Translations under genes and position numbers: made by a program | Shown here: piece after piece, positions 12,009 to 27,092 of the stretch | Layout: every line of letters begins with the position of its first letter | Numbering within the stretch: position 1 is the stretch's first letter | DNA from: Eledone cirrhosa | Lineage: Eukaryota | Length of the DNA stretch: 64,000 bases | Assembly (NCBI GenBank): GCA_964016885.1 | Contig: OZ024741.1 | Span: 157,294,001-157,358,000 of the forward strand | Direction of reading: 5' to 3' | Notes under the pieces: generated by a model | The model's input: only the letters and a program-made list of their open reading frames with translations | What the model was told of the DNA's origin: nothing | Databases searched by the model: none

Positions 12009-12345
12009 GAACAGCAGATTGTACCATCCTTGGTCTGATTTGATGAGTTCCATCCCACTCAGTAAGTGAATCAGGTCTGGGATCTTGTTGATCGTTTAAA
12101 AAAAAAAGGAACTAAAACCTCGATTATATATATATCTTTATACATACATACATTCATATATATATATATATATATATCAACAGTGTTAACAGGCATTGCT
12201 TGGGTACCTAATACGACAGAAAAGTAGGTTTTCTTATAATCCTATTCAACTATTTTATAGTTAGTATATGCAAACCATTTTCAAATATGTATAAGAAAAT
12301 CCTTCATGCGTACATATGAATTTGTGCACACATCTATACACACAC

Positions 12346-12475
12346 AGTAGTCGTAGTAGTAGTAGTAGTAGTAGTAGCAGTAGTAGTAGTAGTAGTAGCA
12401 GTAGTAGTAGCAGCAGCAGCAGTAGTAATAGTAGTAGTAGTAGAAATGGTAATGATGATGATGGCAGTAGTAGTG
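12346..12475. repeat. (TAG/CAG)n trinucleotide microsatellite
   Basis: Direct reading. Confidence 0.9.
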
Positions 12476-14274
12476 TGTTATTTCTATGAGGAATGTAAAA
12501 CTATCCCTTTCAACCCTCATTAAATGATGATATACAACACACAAAAAGCAAGACAGTGATGCTGTGTCTTTGATCACTGTACCAAAACTACTACTACTAA
12601 TGCTGCTGCTGCTGCTGCTGCATCACCATCATACACACACATAGATAAAGATCTAATGCCAGACAGCCCCACACTATCACATTCTACCTAAATACACACA
12701 ATTGAATCCTTCTGATACTAAACACCCTAGAACTCCCTCATTGTACAATACAAGCTGTTTATTTTAAAGTGTTTACATTTATCTAAAAACCTTCCATCAT
12801 AATTTTATGTAAGAACCTTTGTTAAACTATGTTCCAAACACCTACTTCACAATGAGAAAATTAGTAATATTACTAAATCCCTCCAAATTCTTGATTATTT
12901 TCAAAATGATTTGAAAACCATAATGAAAGGATTAAATCGAAGACAGTGTCTTTCATTAGAAATACTAGCAGAAAAACCACCCTTCAGGTGGTTTTCTGCT
13001 AGCATATGTAGTGTGCATATTGACATTATATGCACATTTATGTGCATATTGATATTATACGCAAATAGACATGCATGTAGATATGAAATGTCAAATGAAA
13101 TCGTAAATGACTATATGCACAGAAATTGAAGAGAGGCTGTGTTACACTCTCGTCTGTAATCAGTAAAGTAATCCATGATATATTTAAAAAAGACGATATT
13201 ATATATAAACTGCATTACTGTGAAATGTAATGAAAACAAAAAAGGAGAAACTTAGTGATGGAAATATAAACGTTATATAATGATGCAAATACATAAGCGT
13301 TTATTTAAGCGAATGGAAAGTTATGATGTTATGATATAATTGACGCTAATCGGAAGTGTTGATATTTGAAAATTTTAAAGAAGTGAATCTTAAAATAAAC
13401 AATACTTTATATATAAGAATATTTATGTTTAATCAAGAGCTACGAAATTTAGTAGATAAATTACATAATATTCATCCATTTTTTATTCAAAGTAATCCAA
13501 CTTATTTTACTAACAGGATAAACAAATATAAAATGGACACTGTCCTGCACTCTTCCCTTTATTATATTATAGATGGTGGTGGTGGGACAATTTACATCAT
13601 CCCACTCATGCCACAAGAAAGAAAGAATGGACTTCTGTTGATTTTGATGAGTGTTCCAGTGACAATGGAACAGCCTGCTCATGAAGTATAAAAGTGTAAG
13701 TGGCTGAGTATTCCACAGACATGTGTATTCTTAGAGAGATCCAGTATAACACAATATGTGACAAAACTTGACATCTGAATTACAGGTACAGTTCATCCAA
13801 CAGGCTTCCAACATTGTTATGTCGTACCCAACACACCCCAAGCATACTGGGGGTCAATAGAATCAAACTATCTCTCCCTTGAATTTATGAAAAGAAAATT
13901 AAATCTAAAGCTCATACCTACATAGGTGTCATTGACCTCCTACGAGGTTGTATCCATGGGATTTATTTAGGGTGTATAAATGTTAGGGGCTTCAGTCTTA
14001 TCATACACACATATGTATGTCATTATAGCTCACACCTATGCAGGTTTAGCTGGTGTCACATGGAGCTGCAATTCATAGGAGGTTTCTTGAATGTTTGAAT
14101 GACAAGGACTTCAGTCTTGTCATGAAAAGCAATATGAAATTAAATGTTTTGCTCAAGAATGCAACTTGCTGCTCAGTTGCAAATTCAGACCTATAATCTG
14201 ATGATCATGAGGCCAATGCCTTAACAACTAGACCTGTATTTATCAAAGGTATTTTAATTATAATTGTCATCATT

Positions 14275-14612
14275 AGGATTAGGGTGATAGACTTAATGTG
14301 TCACTGTATTTGTCCCAGTTCTATATGTTCTGATTTCAAATCATGCTAAGGCCAACTTTGTCTTTCATCCATTCAGAATCAATAAAATAGAGTACCAGTT
14401 AAATACTGGGGGTCTGTATAACTGACTAACTACATTCCCCCAACTTTATGGCCATGTGTCTATTACAGAAATTATAATTATTATTATTATTATTATCCCG
14501 CCGAGGTTGACTTTGCCTTCCATCCTTACGGGGTCGATAAAATAAAGTACCAGTAATGCACTGGGTAATTGCTGGCCTTGTGCCGAACGTAGAAACAATT
14601 ATTATTATTATT
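14275..14612 (+). mobile_element. Two tandem SINE family A copies
   Basis: Core motif near 14355 and 14505; the second copy starts in the ATT tail of the first. Confidence 0.7.
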
Positions 14613-14934
14613 AACAAAAAAAAACAAGAATTTTACAAAGCATTGGGCAGCTTTGAAATTTTGAAAATATGTTAGCTTGTGATATCTGCCACAACACATA
14701 TTGGGATGGTTGAATAGATTGTGTAAATAAACCCTAGAGATGCCTGCAGGAATCAAACTCACATCTGCCACATGCTAGATGCACTTTAATGAAATGGTAA
14801 CACAATGATCTGGCATATGGCAAATGTAAGTTTGATTCCCACAGGTGTCTCTGTCCACTTTTATTCTATCTGCAATTGTTTATTTACCCAGCTTATCCAA
14901 CTATTCTATATTGATGGATCTCCATTGGTGCCAG

Positions 14935-15718
14935 TAACAAGCGTTTTAGGTATCTGATCAATGGAACATCCTGCTTTTTTGAAATTAACAGGCAAGTAAT
15001 TGAGCATTCCATAGACACATGCACTCTTAATATAGTTCTCAAGGTGATTTAGCATGACTGTGACAAGGTTGGACTTTTGAATTACAGGTACAATTTATTT
15101 TTACAAGCTGAGAGGAAAGGGGCAATACTCTGTATGCCTTGCTTCCCTGGGCATGGATACATTGAAGCTCCGACATCTGGCAACTAACTTGGTAAACACC
15201 CACAACATTATTAACCATCTTGCCAACAACAACCCTGAGTATCTTTTTGATTTCCATGTGTCTAACACACGTGGGCATGCCTACAAAGTCAGAAAACAGC
15301 ACAGATCCCATGACTTTCAGAAACATTTTTTCACGCTTAGAGTTGCTGAAGCATGGAACAAACTACCTGCATCAGTTGTTAGCTGTCAGAGACACTGCAT
15401 CCTTTAAAACCTCCATGCTTCCTGAAATTCGCAAACACTATACCTGATATCCCCCCCCCCCCCGTCATAAACACGCACTCATGTATATCATGACTCATAC
15501 ACTGTTCATTTTCCTGACATTTGTACATTATTCTATGTACTATACATGCACCTTTGATGAGTTGTAGTGCACCTGAGCACTATACACAATAATTTCATTA
15601 TTATTATTATGTTATGTCTTACTTAAGAACACAATGCACCACCTAGTTGTGAAATCAAACTCATGACCTTACAGTCATGAGTTTAACAACCTTACCAGTA
15701 AACTATATGCCTTCACAA
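14935..15718 (-). mobile_element. SINE family B interrupted by a CR1 fragment
   Basis: Body 14935-15112 and head 15611-15718 are contiguous in the intact copy at 20320-20598. Confidence 0.7.
15123..15610 (+). mobile_element. CR1/L2-type LINE 3' fragment
   Basis: TRGHAYKV and FFTLRVAEAWNKLP; highly similar to 832-1312; (ATT)n tail. Confidence 0.85.
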
Positions 15719-15741
15719 TTTTTCTATAGTTAAATATTTAA

Positions 15742-15949
15742 CCCTTTAGCATTTACATTACTCTATATATACTATTATATTTTCATGGTAAAGGCTTTAT
15801 CTCACATAATATCGAATCTATGAGATTTTGATATTATTTATTTTGAGAACAGTACCTTAACATCAATATGAGCGGCCAGTTACAGTTGGTTTCAACAGAA
15901 AGAAGTTAGAGAATTATGGCCGGATACAGCTGGTTTAAATGCTAAATAT
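15742..15949. mobile_element. piggyBac-like MITE (second family)
   Basis: TTAA|ccctttagcattta ... taaatgctaaatat|TTAA. Confidence 0.5.
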
Positions 15950-16129
15950 TTAAACACATTGTAGCGGCTTTCACAAGCTAACACAATTTCAAAATAATAC
16001 TCATTTCTTGGATAGTTCTGTGTATCTATGTTAGGAACTTCCCCCTCCCCTCTTCCCTTGTCACACACTTGTTTTCATTACAGTTATAAAAACACACAGT
16101 TAGACACAGCCTTTTGTTTGGTAATTTAC

Positions 16130-16310
16130 ACGGCACACACACATACATGCCTCACATAAACATACGCTTGCATATACATACATATGCATACACACACGTA
16201 TGTACATGCACACACACACACACACACATACAAGCACATAAACACCCATATGCATACATATATACACACACACACACATACATACATACAAGCACATAAA
16301 CACCCACATG

Positions 16311-16342
<32 letters not shown>

Positions 16343-17237
16343 TACATACATACAAGCACATAAACACCCACATGCATACATATATACACACACATACACA
16401 CATACAAGCACATAAACACCCACATGCATACATATATACACACACACACATACAAGCACATAAACACACATATACACACATACATACACACACACACACA
16501 CATACATACAAGCACATAAATACCCATATGCATACATATATACACACACACATACATACATACAAGCACATAAACACCCATATGCATACATATATACACA
16601 GATACACACACACACACATACATACAAGCACATAAATACCCATATGCATACATATATACACACACACACATACACACACATACATACAAGCACATAAACA
16701 CCCATATGCATACATATATACACAGATACACACACACACACACATACATACAAGCACATAAACACCCATATGCATACATATATACACACACATACATACA
16801 TACAAGCACATAAACACCCACATGCATACATACATACATAGATACACACACATACATACAAGCACATAAACACCCATATGCATACATATATACACAGATA
16901 CACACATACATACAAGCACATAAACACCCACATGCATACATACATACACAGATACACACACATACATACATATAAGCACATAAACACACACACACACACA
17001 TACATACATACATACAAGCACATAAACACCCACATGCATACATACATACACAGATACACACACATACATACATACAAGCACATAAACACACACACACATA
17101 CATACATACATACATACATACATACATACAAGCACATAAACACCCTCATGCATACATACATACACAGATACACACACATACATACATACAAGCACATAAA
17201 CACCCTCATGCATACATATATACACAGATACACACAC
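16130..17237. repeat. CA-rich minisatellite, unit about 45-55 bp anchored on catacaagcacataaacaccca
   Basis: About 20 recurrences of aagcacataaa with variable CA/TA spacers. Confidence 0.92.
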
Positions 17238-17459
17238 TATCTTTTGCAGAATTCTTTCTTAGTATCTTTCTTTCTTTTTTATTGTTTTTACATCACAGAC
17301 ATTCACTGGCTAAAATGAGAAATAAGTCTGTTGTTATCATCACCATCACCATCACTATCACTATCCTTTCTAGTCATCACCATCACCATCTTCAATCATC
17401 AACTACTATTATACTATTACCATCGCTATTAACACAACCTCCATCAAATTTATCCCCAC

Positions 17460-20035
17460 CATCATCATCATAACACCACTACCATCACAGCTACTATTAT
17501 CACTATCATCATCATAACACCCCTACCATCACCACTATCATCATCATAACACCACTACCATCACAGCTACCATCCCCACTATCATCATCATAACACCACC
17601 ACCATCACAGCTACCATCACCACTATCATCATCATAACACCACCACCATCACAGCTACCATCACCACTATCATCATCATAACACCACCACCATCACAGCT
17701 ACCATCCTCACTATCATCATCATAACACCACCACCATCACAGCTACCATCACCACTATCATCATCATAACACCACCACCATCACAGCTACCATCACCACT
17801 ATCATCATCATAACACCATCACAGCTACCATCACCACTATCATCATCATAACACCACTACCATCACAGCTACCATCACCACTATCATCATCATAACACCA
17901 CCACCAACACAGCTACCATCACCACTATCATCATCATAACACCACCACCATCACAGCTACCATCACCACTATCATCATCATAACACCACCACCATCACAG
18001 CTACCATCACCACTATCATCATCATAACACCACCACCATCATAGCTACCATCACCACTATCATCATCATAACACCACCACCAACACAGCTACCATCACCA
18101 CCATCACCATCATAACACCACCACCATCACAGCTACCATCACCACCATCATCATCATAACACCACCACCATCACAGCTACCATCACCACCATCATCATCA
18201 TAACACCACCACCATCACAGCTACCATCACCACCATCATCATCATAACACCACCACCATCACAGCTACCATCACCACTATCATCATCATAACACCACCAC
18301 CATCATAGCTACCATCACCACTATCATCATCATAACACCACCACCAACACAGCTACCATCACCACCATCATCATCATAACACCACCACCAACACAGCTAC
18401 CATCACCACCATCACCATCATAACACCATCACAGCTACCATCACCACCATCATCATCATAACACCACCACCATCACAGCTACCATCACCACCATCATCAT
18501 CATAACACCACCACCATCACAGCTACCATCACCACTATCATCATCATAACACCACTACCATCACAGCTACCATCACCACCATCATCATCATAACACCACC
18601 ACCAACACAGCTACCATCACCACCATCACCATCATAACACCACCACCATCACAGCTACCATCACCACCATCATCATCATAACACCACCACCATCACAGCT
18701 ACCATCACCACCATCATCATCATAACACCACCACCATCACAGCTACCATCACCACTATCATCATCATAACACCACTACCATCACAGCTACCATCACCACT
18801 ATCATCATCATAACACCACTACCATCACAGCTACCATCACCACTATCATCATCATAACACCACTACCATCACAGCTACCATCACCACCATCATCATCATA
18901 ACACCACTACCATCACAGCTACCATCACCACTATCATCATCATAACACCACTACCATCACAGCTACCATCACCACCATCATCATCATAACACCACCACCA
19001 TCACAGCTACCATCACCACCATCATCATCATAACACCACCACCATCACAGCTACCATCACCACCATCATCATCATAACACCACCACCATCACAACTACCA
19101 TCACCACTATCATCATCATAACACCACCACCATCACAGCTACCATCACCACTATCATCATCATAACACCACTACCATCACCACCATCATCATCATAACAC
19201 CACTACCATCACCACCATCATCATCATAACACCACTACCATCACCACTATCATCATCATAACACCACTACCATCACCACCATCATCATCATAACACCACT
19301 ACCATCACAGCTACTATTATCATCATCATCATCATAACACCACTACCATCACAGCTACCATCCCCACCATCATCATCATAACACCACTACCATCACAGCT
19401 ACCATCACCATCATAACACCACTACCATCACTGCTACTATCATCATCATCATCACTGCTACCATCATCATCATCCTAACACCTCTACCACCAGTGCTACC
19501 ATCATCATCCTCATCACCACTCCACTAGCTCCATTACTGCTGACATCACCACCACCATCATCATAACACCACCACCACCACCGTTACTGCTACCATCATC
19601 ATTATCATCAGCACTCCACTACCTCCACCACCACCATCACTCCTACCATCATCACACCACTATCTCCACCACTGCTGACATCCCCATCATCATCATCATA
19701 ACACCACCACTGCTACCATCGTCATCATCATCACACCACTACCTTCACCACTGCTGACATCTCCACCACCATCATCATCATCATAACACCACCACTCCTA
19801 CCATCATCACACCACTACCTTCACCACTGCTGACATCCCCACCACCATCATCATCATCATAACACCACCACTGCTACCATCGTCATCATCATCACACCAC
19901 TACCTTCACCACTGCTGACATCCCCACCACCATCATCATCATCATAACACCACCACTGCTACCATCGTCATCATCATCACACCACTATCTTCGCCACTGC
20001 TGACATCACCATCATCATCATCATAACAACACTCC
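17460..20035. repeat. 44-bp CAT/CAC-derived minisatellite array with degenerate 3' part
   Basis: Unit aacaccaccaccatcacagctaccatcaccactatcatcatcat (taac at 17591, 17635, ...); a different variant unit appears after about 19440. Confidence 0.95.
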
Positions 20036-20319
20036 TACTACTTTATTCTGGGGAACAAACAAACAACAATTGACTCAGACCAACCCATACCGAACCAAAC
20101 CATCTTACAGCCATCAACCCTCAACTGACAATTTCCTACCTCTCTGTTTGTTGGTCTTGCTTTTATCTTGAGTGTATAAATAATAATCAAGAGATAACTA
20201 CAAAATACCAATGTATATTTAGTACATATAGTCTTGACTTGCCAATAAGTTAACTTAGTGCACTTATGTGAAAATATACAAACAAAGCACAATGTTGTGT
20301 TAAGTTAAACCTCTGTCAG

Positions 20320-20598
20320 TTCCGATGACGAATGTTCCAGTTGTTCGAAACCATGGAACAGCCTGCTTGTGAAATTAATGTGCAAGTGGCTCAGTATTCC
20401 ACAGACACATGTATCCTAATTGTAGTTCTTAGGGAGATTTAGCATGACAGTGGATTACAGGTCTAGCCCATTTTTACCAGCTGAGTGATCAGGAGCAACA
20501 TGAAATAAAGTGTCTTGCTCAATGCACTGCTATGAATCAAACTTATGACCTTACGATCATGAGCTGGACACTAACCACTAAGCCACACACCTTAACAC
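20320..20598 (-). mobile_element. tRNA-derived SINE family B
   Basis: atggaacagcctgc...gtggctcagtattccacagacac...aaataaagtgtcttgctc...aaccactaagcca. Partial copies at 13645-13800, 30140-30480 and 33855-33985. Confidence 0.75.
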
Positions 20599-20654
20599 AA
20601 ATTACATATATCCAAAATGTTTGATGTTTGATGATTTCTAATACATCAGAAGAG

Positions 20655-20828
20655 TTATGGCCCTTTATGTTCTGAGTTCAAATCCCACCGAGTTTAGCTT
20701 TGCTTTTCATCCTTGTGGGGTCAATAAAATAAAGCACCAGTAATGCACTCGGGTCAATTTAATCGACTCCCCATAAAAAATAAAAAAATTATGGCTGGCC
20801 TTGTGCTTATAGTAGAAACAATTATTAA
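20655..20828 (+). mobile_element. SINE family A
   Basis: Core motif and tail. Confidence 0.75.
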
Positions 20829-21181
20829 GCTCTGAGCTCAGTGAATTTAGTTGATAGAAACTGTGCAGAAGTTTTTAGTAAAGAGCAATTTGTTACAGGT
20901 GTTTGGACTAAGGAAACATTATCACACCAATCTCAAATCCCCTGCAAAGGGGATTTGAGTGCTACTCTTTCTTCTTTGGCAAGCTGGAAAACAGAATGTG
21001 TTAACCCATTTGTGTTTATATTTCTACTATATTTCCATGCATGGAAATTTTTGGACATATAATCAGTATTGTATCCTGGAGTTACTGGGTCTTTCCTAGG
21101 GTCCTACAGCATCTACTCTCATCCAGGTGACCTGACTACAGGACACATCACCAGTGTTGCATCCAGGAGTCATTGGGAGTC

Positions 21182-21360
21182 CTACTTTTGGCACAAGGCC
21201 AGCAATTATTCCAGTGTATAACTGGTACTTTATTTTATCGACCCCCGTAAGGATGAAAGGCAAAGTTAACCTCGACGGGATTTGAACTCAGAATGGAAAG
21301 GGGCGTAACTCTATGTGTCAAAGCATGGCGTCCGACCCTCTACCGATACTGCCAATAATA
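21182..21360 (-). mobile_element. SINE family A
   Basis: Reverse-complement core ggtactttattttatcgacccccgtaaggatgaaaggcaaag. Confidence 0.8.
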
Positions 21361-21509
21361 ATGGAGCTTGAGCAAGGGTTTCTCTTATATATATTTTTTC
21401 CACTCATCTTTGTAAAAACACATTAGAAGAATCAAATGTCTTAACTTTTTCATCTTGGCTATTTGTCCACTATTATTAAGAAATCATTATTATTATCATT
21501 ATTATTATC

Positions 21510-21900
21510 GCCAGAGTGTTGGACAAAATGCTTTGCAGCATAGAGTTACGTCCCTTTGCATTCTGAGTTCAAATTTCACCGAGGTTAGCTTTGCCTTTCA
21601 TCCTTACAAGGTCAATAAAATAAAGTACCAGTAACACACTGGGGTTGATTTAATTGACTTTCCCCTCTCCTAAAATTGTTGGCCTAGTGCCTAAATCAGA
21701 AACCATTACTATTAAGGGTGGTGAATTGGCAGTATCAGTAGAATGTTGGACAACATGCTTTGCAACATATAGTTACAGCTCTTTATGTTCTGAGGTTAGC
21801 TTTGCCTTTCACCTTTATGGGGCCAATAAAATAAGGTACCAGTAATGCACTGAAGCCGATTTAATCGACTTTCCCCTCCTCACAAAATAGCTGGCCTTGG
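21510..21900 (+). mobile_element. Two tandem SINE family A copies
   Basis: Core motifs near 21590 and 21800. Confidence 0.75.
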
Positions 21901-21904
21901 GTAT

Positions 21905-23879
21905 GAGCAGTGTAGTTTTTGCTGATGTTGTTTCTATTGTATTGATAGTACTTTTCGTAATATGTGCGCAGTGCCTAGGAGTGCTATATTTTGTATGCTG
22001 TAACTCCTGGGGTTTTGGCTCTGTATTTGTCTGTGTGTTTTTTTTATCATTCCTAGAACACCTATTATTATAGTTATTGTTTCTGTTTTCATTTTCCACA
22101 TTCGAGTTATTTCTAGCTCTAGATCTTTATATTTGGAGAGTTCCTCTATTTCTTTGGAAGATATTTTGTCATCTGTGGAGATTGATACATCTATTAGAAG
22201 GCATGCTTTTTCTTTGTGGTCTTTGACTATAATATCTGGTCAGATATCTCTGTCTGTATGTATTGGCATATCCCAGAGAATGGTTGCTTTGTTATTCTCC
22301 GACACTTTTTCTGGTGTGTGTTTGTACCATCTTTTTTCATAATGCTGGCATAACTTCCAGTGTATGAACGTCCCAACTCTATCATGCCTGTGGATATATT
22401 TTTTTTTGGCTAGAGCTTGTCATCCAGAGACTATGTGGTTGATTGTTTCTTCCCTATCTCCACATATTCTACAGTTACTTATTGTGCTTTGTTTCATTAT
22501 GTACTTCTGGTAGTTTCTGGTGGGTAGACCGTCGTTCTACGCTGCAATTAGAAATCCTTCTGTCTCATCTTTTAGTCCACTGCTTTAGAGCCAGTTTTGT
22601 GTGTTTTCTTTGTCTACTTCCTTTCTATTTAGCTTTTTTGGATATTGGCCATGTAAGGATTTCTCTTGCCATCGTTTTAACATGGCATTCTGTGTGTCAG
22701 TTTTCAATTTAAATTTTATGTCTTTCACAATTTCTGTTGTTTTTCTTTGTTTTCATTTTCCTCACTGTCAGTCCAGTTTCTGATTTGAATTCTTTGGCTT
22801 CCTTGAATGCCATGAACAGTTTTTTGTTTTGTTCATGTTTCATAGCTATTTGTATTAGCTTTCCTTTGTTTTTAGTAGGTATTTTTGTAGTCCTACAGTA
22901 GTTATTTTATAAGAGTTTTCTAATTGCATAAGGCCCCTTTCTCCTTGTGTTCTTGGTAGGTACAATATTTCTACGTCTCATTTTAGATGGTGTATTCTAA
23001 ATGCAGTCATTATTTTTCGTGATTTTCTATCTATTGCAGCTAGTTCTTTTAGTGTCCAGTTCAGAATGTTAAAGCTGTAGCTCATTACTGGGACTACTAA
23101 GGTGTTGATGCCAATCACCTTATTCTTTGCATTTTGTTCAGTTTTGAGTATTAACCTAATTCTTCTGTAGTATTATTTTCTAATCTTTTCTTTCATCAGA
23201 GTTGAATCTTATCTAGTTCGTTGATTCCTAAATATTTGTATGTCTGAGTTTGATCTACTTCTCCTATTTCTGTTTCTTTATCTAACATGATGTTAGCGCT
23301 TTGCTCTAGTTCCCCTCTCTTCAAAGTTGCCATGGCACATTTTTCTAATCCAAATGTCATGCCTATTTCTTTTGTGAATCCGTGTACAGTTTGGAGCAGT
23401 GTTTGGAGTTGTTTTTCATTTGTAGCATACAGCTTTAGATTATCCATATATAGGAGATGGTTAATTTTCCCATTGTAGCATGTATACCCAAGCCCAGTTC
23501 TGTTTAGTGTTTCAGATAGTGGTGTTAATGCTAGGCAGAAAAGCAGTGGTAATAGGGAGTCACCTTGAAATATGCCTCTGTTGATTGGGATAGGCTTTGT
23601 TTTTATTGTTTTATCCTTTGTTTGTATCAGCAAAATTGTTTGCCATTTACACATGACACATTTAATAAATGTTATTTCTGCTGACACCCCATTCATGGCT
23701 AGTGTGTTGAGTATCCATGTATGGGGAACACTGTCAAATGCCTTTTGGTAATCACTCAAAGCCATGGAATTTTTTTTTTTTTTTCTTCTTTTTACAGTTT
23801 TCAGTTATGGCTTTATTTATTAATATCTGGTCTTTGCATCCATTTGAGCTTTGTGGCATCCTTTCTGTTCCTCTGGGAG
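21905..23879 (-). mobile_element. R4/Dong-like non-LTR retrotransposon (RT, CCHC knuckle, RLE endonuclease), degenerate and 5'-truncated
   Basis: DYQKAFDSVPH, RGIFQGDSL, HLLYMD, FGLEKC and YKYLG in ORF 23196-23765; downstream CRICGDREETINHIVSG and PDIIVKD...LLIDVS; abuts (ATT)n. Confidence 0.8.
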
Positions 23880-23894
23880 TATTATTATTATTAT

Positions 23895-24105
23895 TGGGTG
23901 GACGATTGACAGTATTTGTAGAGCATTGGACAAGATGCTTTGCAACATATACATTCTGAGTCTTAATCCTAACAAGGTTAGCTTTGCCTTTCATCTTTAT
24001 AAAGTCAATAAAATAATGTACCAGTAATGCACTGTGGGTGATTTAATTGACTTTCCCCTTCCCTTCAAATTACTGTCCCTGTGCCAAAAGCAGAAACAAT
24101 TATTG
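23895..24105 (+). mobile_element. SINE family A
   Basis: Core motif near 23980. Confidence 0.7.
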
Positions 24106-24915
24106 TGTGAGAGAGAGAGAGAACACGATGAGATTAGAATACATTTTATGCAGAACTGACCTAAGGCTAAAAATATCAAAAAGAAGGATATATTGGATAA
24201 GCTGTATTCTGGCCATGTCAGACCAACCATGACCATCAAATATAGTATTGGCTGTTATTAATACCCCCATCACATCTGTAAAAATATTAAAATAGTATGT
24301 ATCTGATGATCAACTAACTTTGGCATAAACAACAACATAAAAAAGGATATATTGAATAAAATGTTATTCTGATCATGCTAATCCAACTAAGATCATTATA
24401 TATAGTGGTGCCCAGTTGTTTGGTATTTTTCCCCTATCCTTAGTATGTAAAAATAAGGAACATGTATGTATCTTGTGCTCAACAAACCACAACAAATACA
24501 ACACAAACAGGAAATTATTATGACAGTTTTCTCTTAAAATTAATTCACTGCAACAATTGTGTTAACATTTTTTATACAAAACCACCTAAAACTGTCCCTG
24601 GTACTATGGCACAAAAATGCTTGTTTTAAAATGTTCATGCTTATATTAAAACCACCTTCCATCACAATTTTATGTAAGAACCTATGTTAAGTTATGTTTC
24701 ACACCACTTCTTTCATTACCCTACTACTGTTACTTCTACTACCACTACAATAACTATCACAATACAACTACTACTACCACTACTACCACCACTACCATCA
24801 CCACTACTACAACTGTGACATGACATTAATAAACCTTGTGGAAAATGTTTGAATGAAAGAGAAAGTATTGAGATAGGTGATGAGAGAGATAGAGAAATTA
24901 GTAATAAAGAGACAC

Positions 24916-24916
<1 letters not shown>

Positions 24917-24980
<64 letters not shown>
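24917..24980. repeat. (GA)n microsatellite
   Basis: Direct reading. Confidence 0.97.
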
Positions 24981-24981
<1 letters not shown>

Positions 24982-26543
24982 AAGAACTGGTCTAATTACT
25001 TAAAATGAATTGAGATAAAAAACAGAATAAATAAATAAAAACCAAGTAAATAAATAAACCAAATACATAAATAAATATAAATATAAATAAAAACTTGAAT
25101 CAAAATATTCCCAGAGCCAATTTAATGTGAAATAGAAATGGTTGGCTACACAGGATTAATATATTAATATATTTGGTAAAGTAATTCTGGTTAACAAATG
25201 CCAATAACAAGAACAACATTTATATCTGCAACAACAACAACAACACCCACACCAATACCACCACCACAGCTACCAACATCAACAACTGCAACAGCAATAA
25301 CAACACTAACACCATCTGCATTGTAACAGCAGTATATTGCAACAACTACAACATCAACCACCACAACCACAACTACCACCACCATCACCACCTCCATAAT
25401 AACAACAACACCACTATCAACTATAAAACAACACTAACAGCAGTAACAACAATCATAACAACATTAACAACAATAACATCAACAAAAACAACATCAGTAG
25501 CAACAATAACAAGGAAAAGTAAAGGAAATGTTGTCAGATCGAACTAAAGTAAAGTGGGTTTCCATTGGTTCTTCCATCACTGATACTATCTGTTAATCAC
25601 AACTACTGAGAGAAGATGCACAAATATATATATATATATACAGGAAAGGAGCCTTTAATCAGATCAGACTAAAGTAAACTATGCTTCCTTTGGTATTTCC
25701 ATTGTTGATATTATCTATCAGTCATAACTCCCAACAGAGGTGTCACTGTGTTTCCAGTGACAAGTGGTGGGATTTTAACATAGAACAGATATCCTAAAGC
25801 ATCTGATTCAATTCCCTAACAATTTTGCAATCAACCACTGGTACTTCATTATAACGACCTTGAAAGGATGACAGGCAAGGTTGAACTCAGAATACATATA
25901 GCCAAAACAAATACCACAAAACAATTAGTTGTCTCAATGACAGTCAATTACTCTAAAAATATTAAGTTACCAATATGTTAACAAGGCAGGATCAAATATC
26001 ACTGCCCTGATCCTTTAACCCCTAATGTGTCATAGAGGTACTATCATGACATTGAGCATTTCTAATCTGGAAGCACTCATCGATCTCCAGAGCTGATTCC
26101 TTTGAAAGAGAGAGAGACAGAGAGGTGAATTGATCCTTGTGTTGGACTGGTATTTATCAGCCCCAAAGAGATGAAAGGCAAAGTTGGCCTCTGTGGGATA
26201 TGAACTCCAGCATTCTAACAACTCTGACAGTTTATAGCCTGAGAATCAAATATAGAATTCACTTACACAAAGTTAATGATTTCAGGTCATAGGTTATACA
26301 TTCAAAGAATTGAATGATGCCGACTAAACAACAAAAAGGGTTCATGAATAATATTAACCTTTTCATTACCATATTTCTAATGAAAAACACTGCCTATGAT
26401 ATTCAAATAACTTAAAAAATAATCAAGAATTCGGAAGGATTTAATTATATAACATTTTCATTTTAAGCTGGTGTTTGTAACTTAAAAAAGGTTCTTACAT
26501 AAAATTATAATGGAAGCTTTTTAGATAAGTATCAACACTTTAA

Positions 26544-27092
26544 CCCTTTTGTTAACATATTCTTAATGAAAGACACTGCCTATGATTTTCAAATAATTTT
26601 TTAAATAATCAAAAATTTGGCGAGGCTGGAGATTTAGTAATATAACTTTCTCATTATTGGTGTTTGGAGCTTAACTTAAATATCTAAAAAAAAAGTCTGT
26701 TTTAGGCCAGAAGGCTCGTTAGGCCGGTGCTTATCCTAGTTTCATACCGTGAAGCGACTGCGAGTACAAGACTACCTTCTGGACTGGACGTCAGTCCTTT
26801 GCATAGTTAAACCTCAAGCTACTGCTGGTACTCATTTTCAGCTGAGTATACTGGAGCAACATGAAATGAAGTGTTTTGCTCAAGAACACAACATGCAACC
26901 AAGTCCAGGAATCAAACCCACGACATTAAGAACGTAAGACCATCACCCTTACCACTCGGTCACGCGCCTCCTTAAACATTCTTACATAAAATTATAATGG
27001 AAGATTTTTAGGTAAATACAGACATTTAAAGACAAACAGTTTTGTATCATAGATACCGGGGGCAGTTTCAGATGATTGGGTATCCAAAAAGT
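26544..27092. mobile_element. piggyBac-like MITE with a nested tRNA-SINE (about 26695-26972, minus strand)
   Basis: TTAA|cccttttgttaac ... gggtatccaaaaagtt; the MITE sequence resumes at 26978 after the SINE. Confidence 0.55.

Noticed and set aside
16100-17318. 333-377 aa ORFs rich in C/V/Y/M
   Set aside because: Minisatellite translation, open in several frames.
17460-19440. CRISPR-like array or His/Thr-rich protein
   Set aside because: No unique spacers, eukaryotic context, and a 44-bp unit containing stops.
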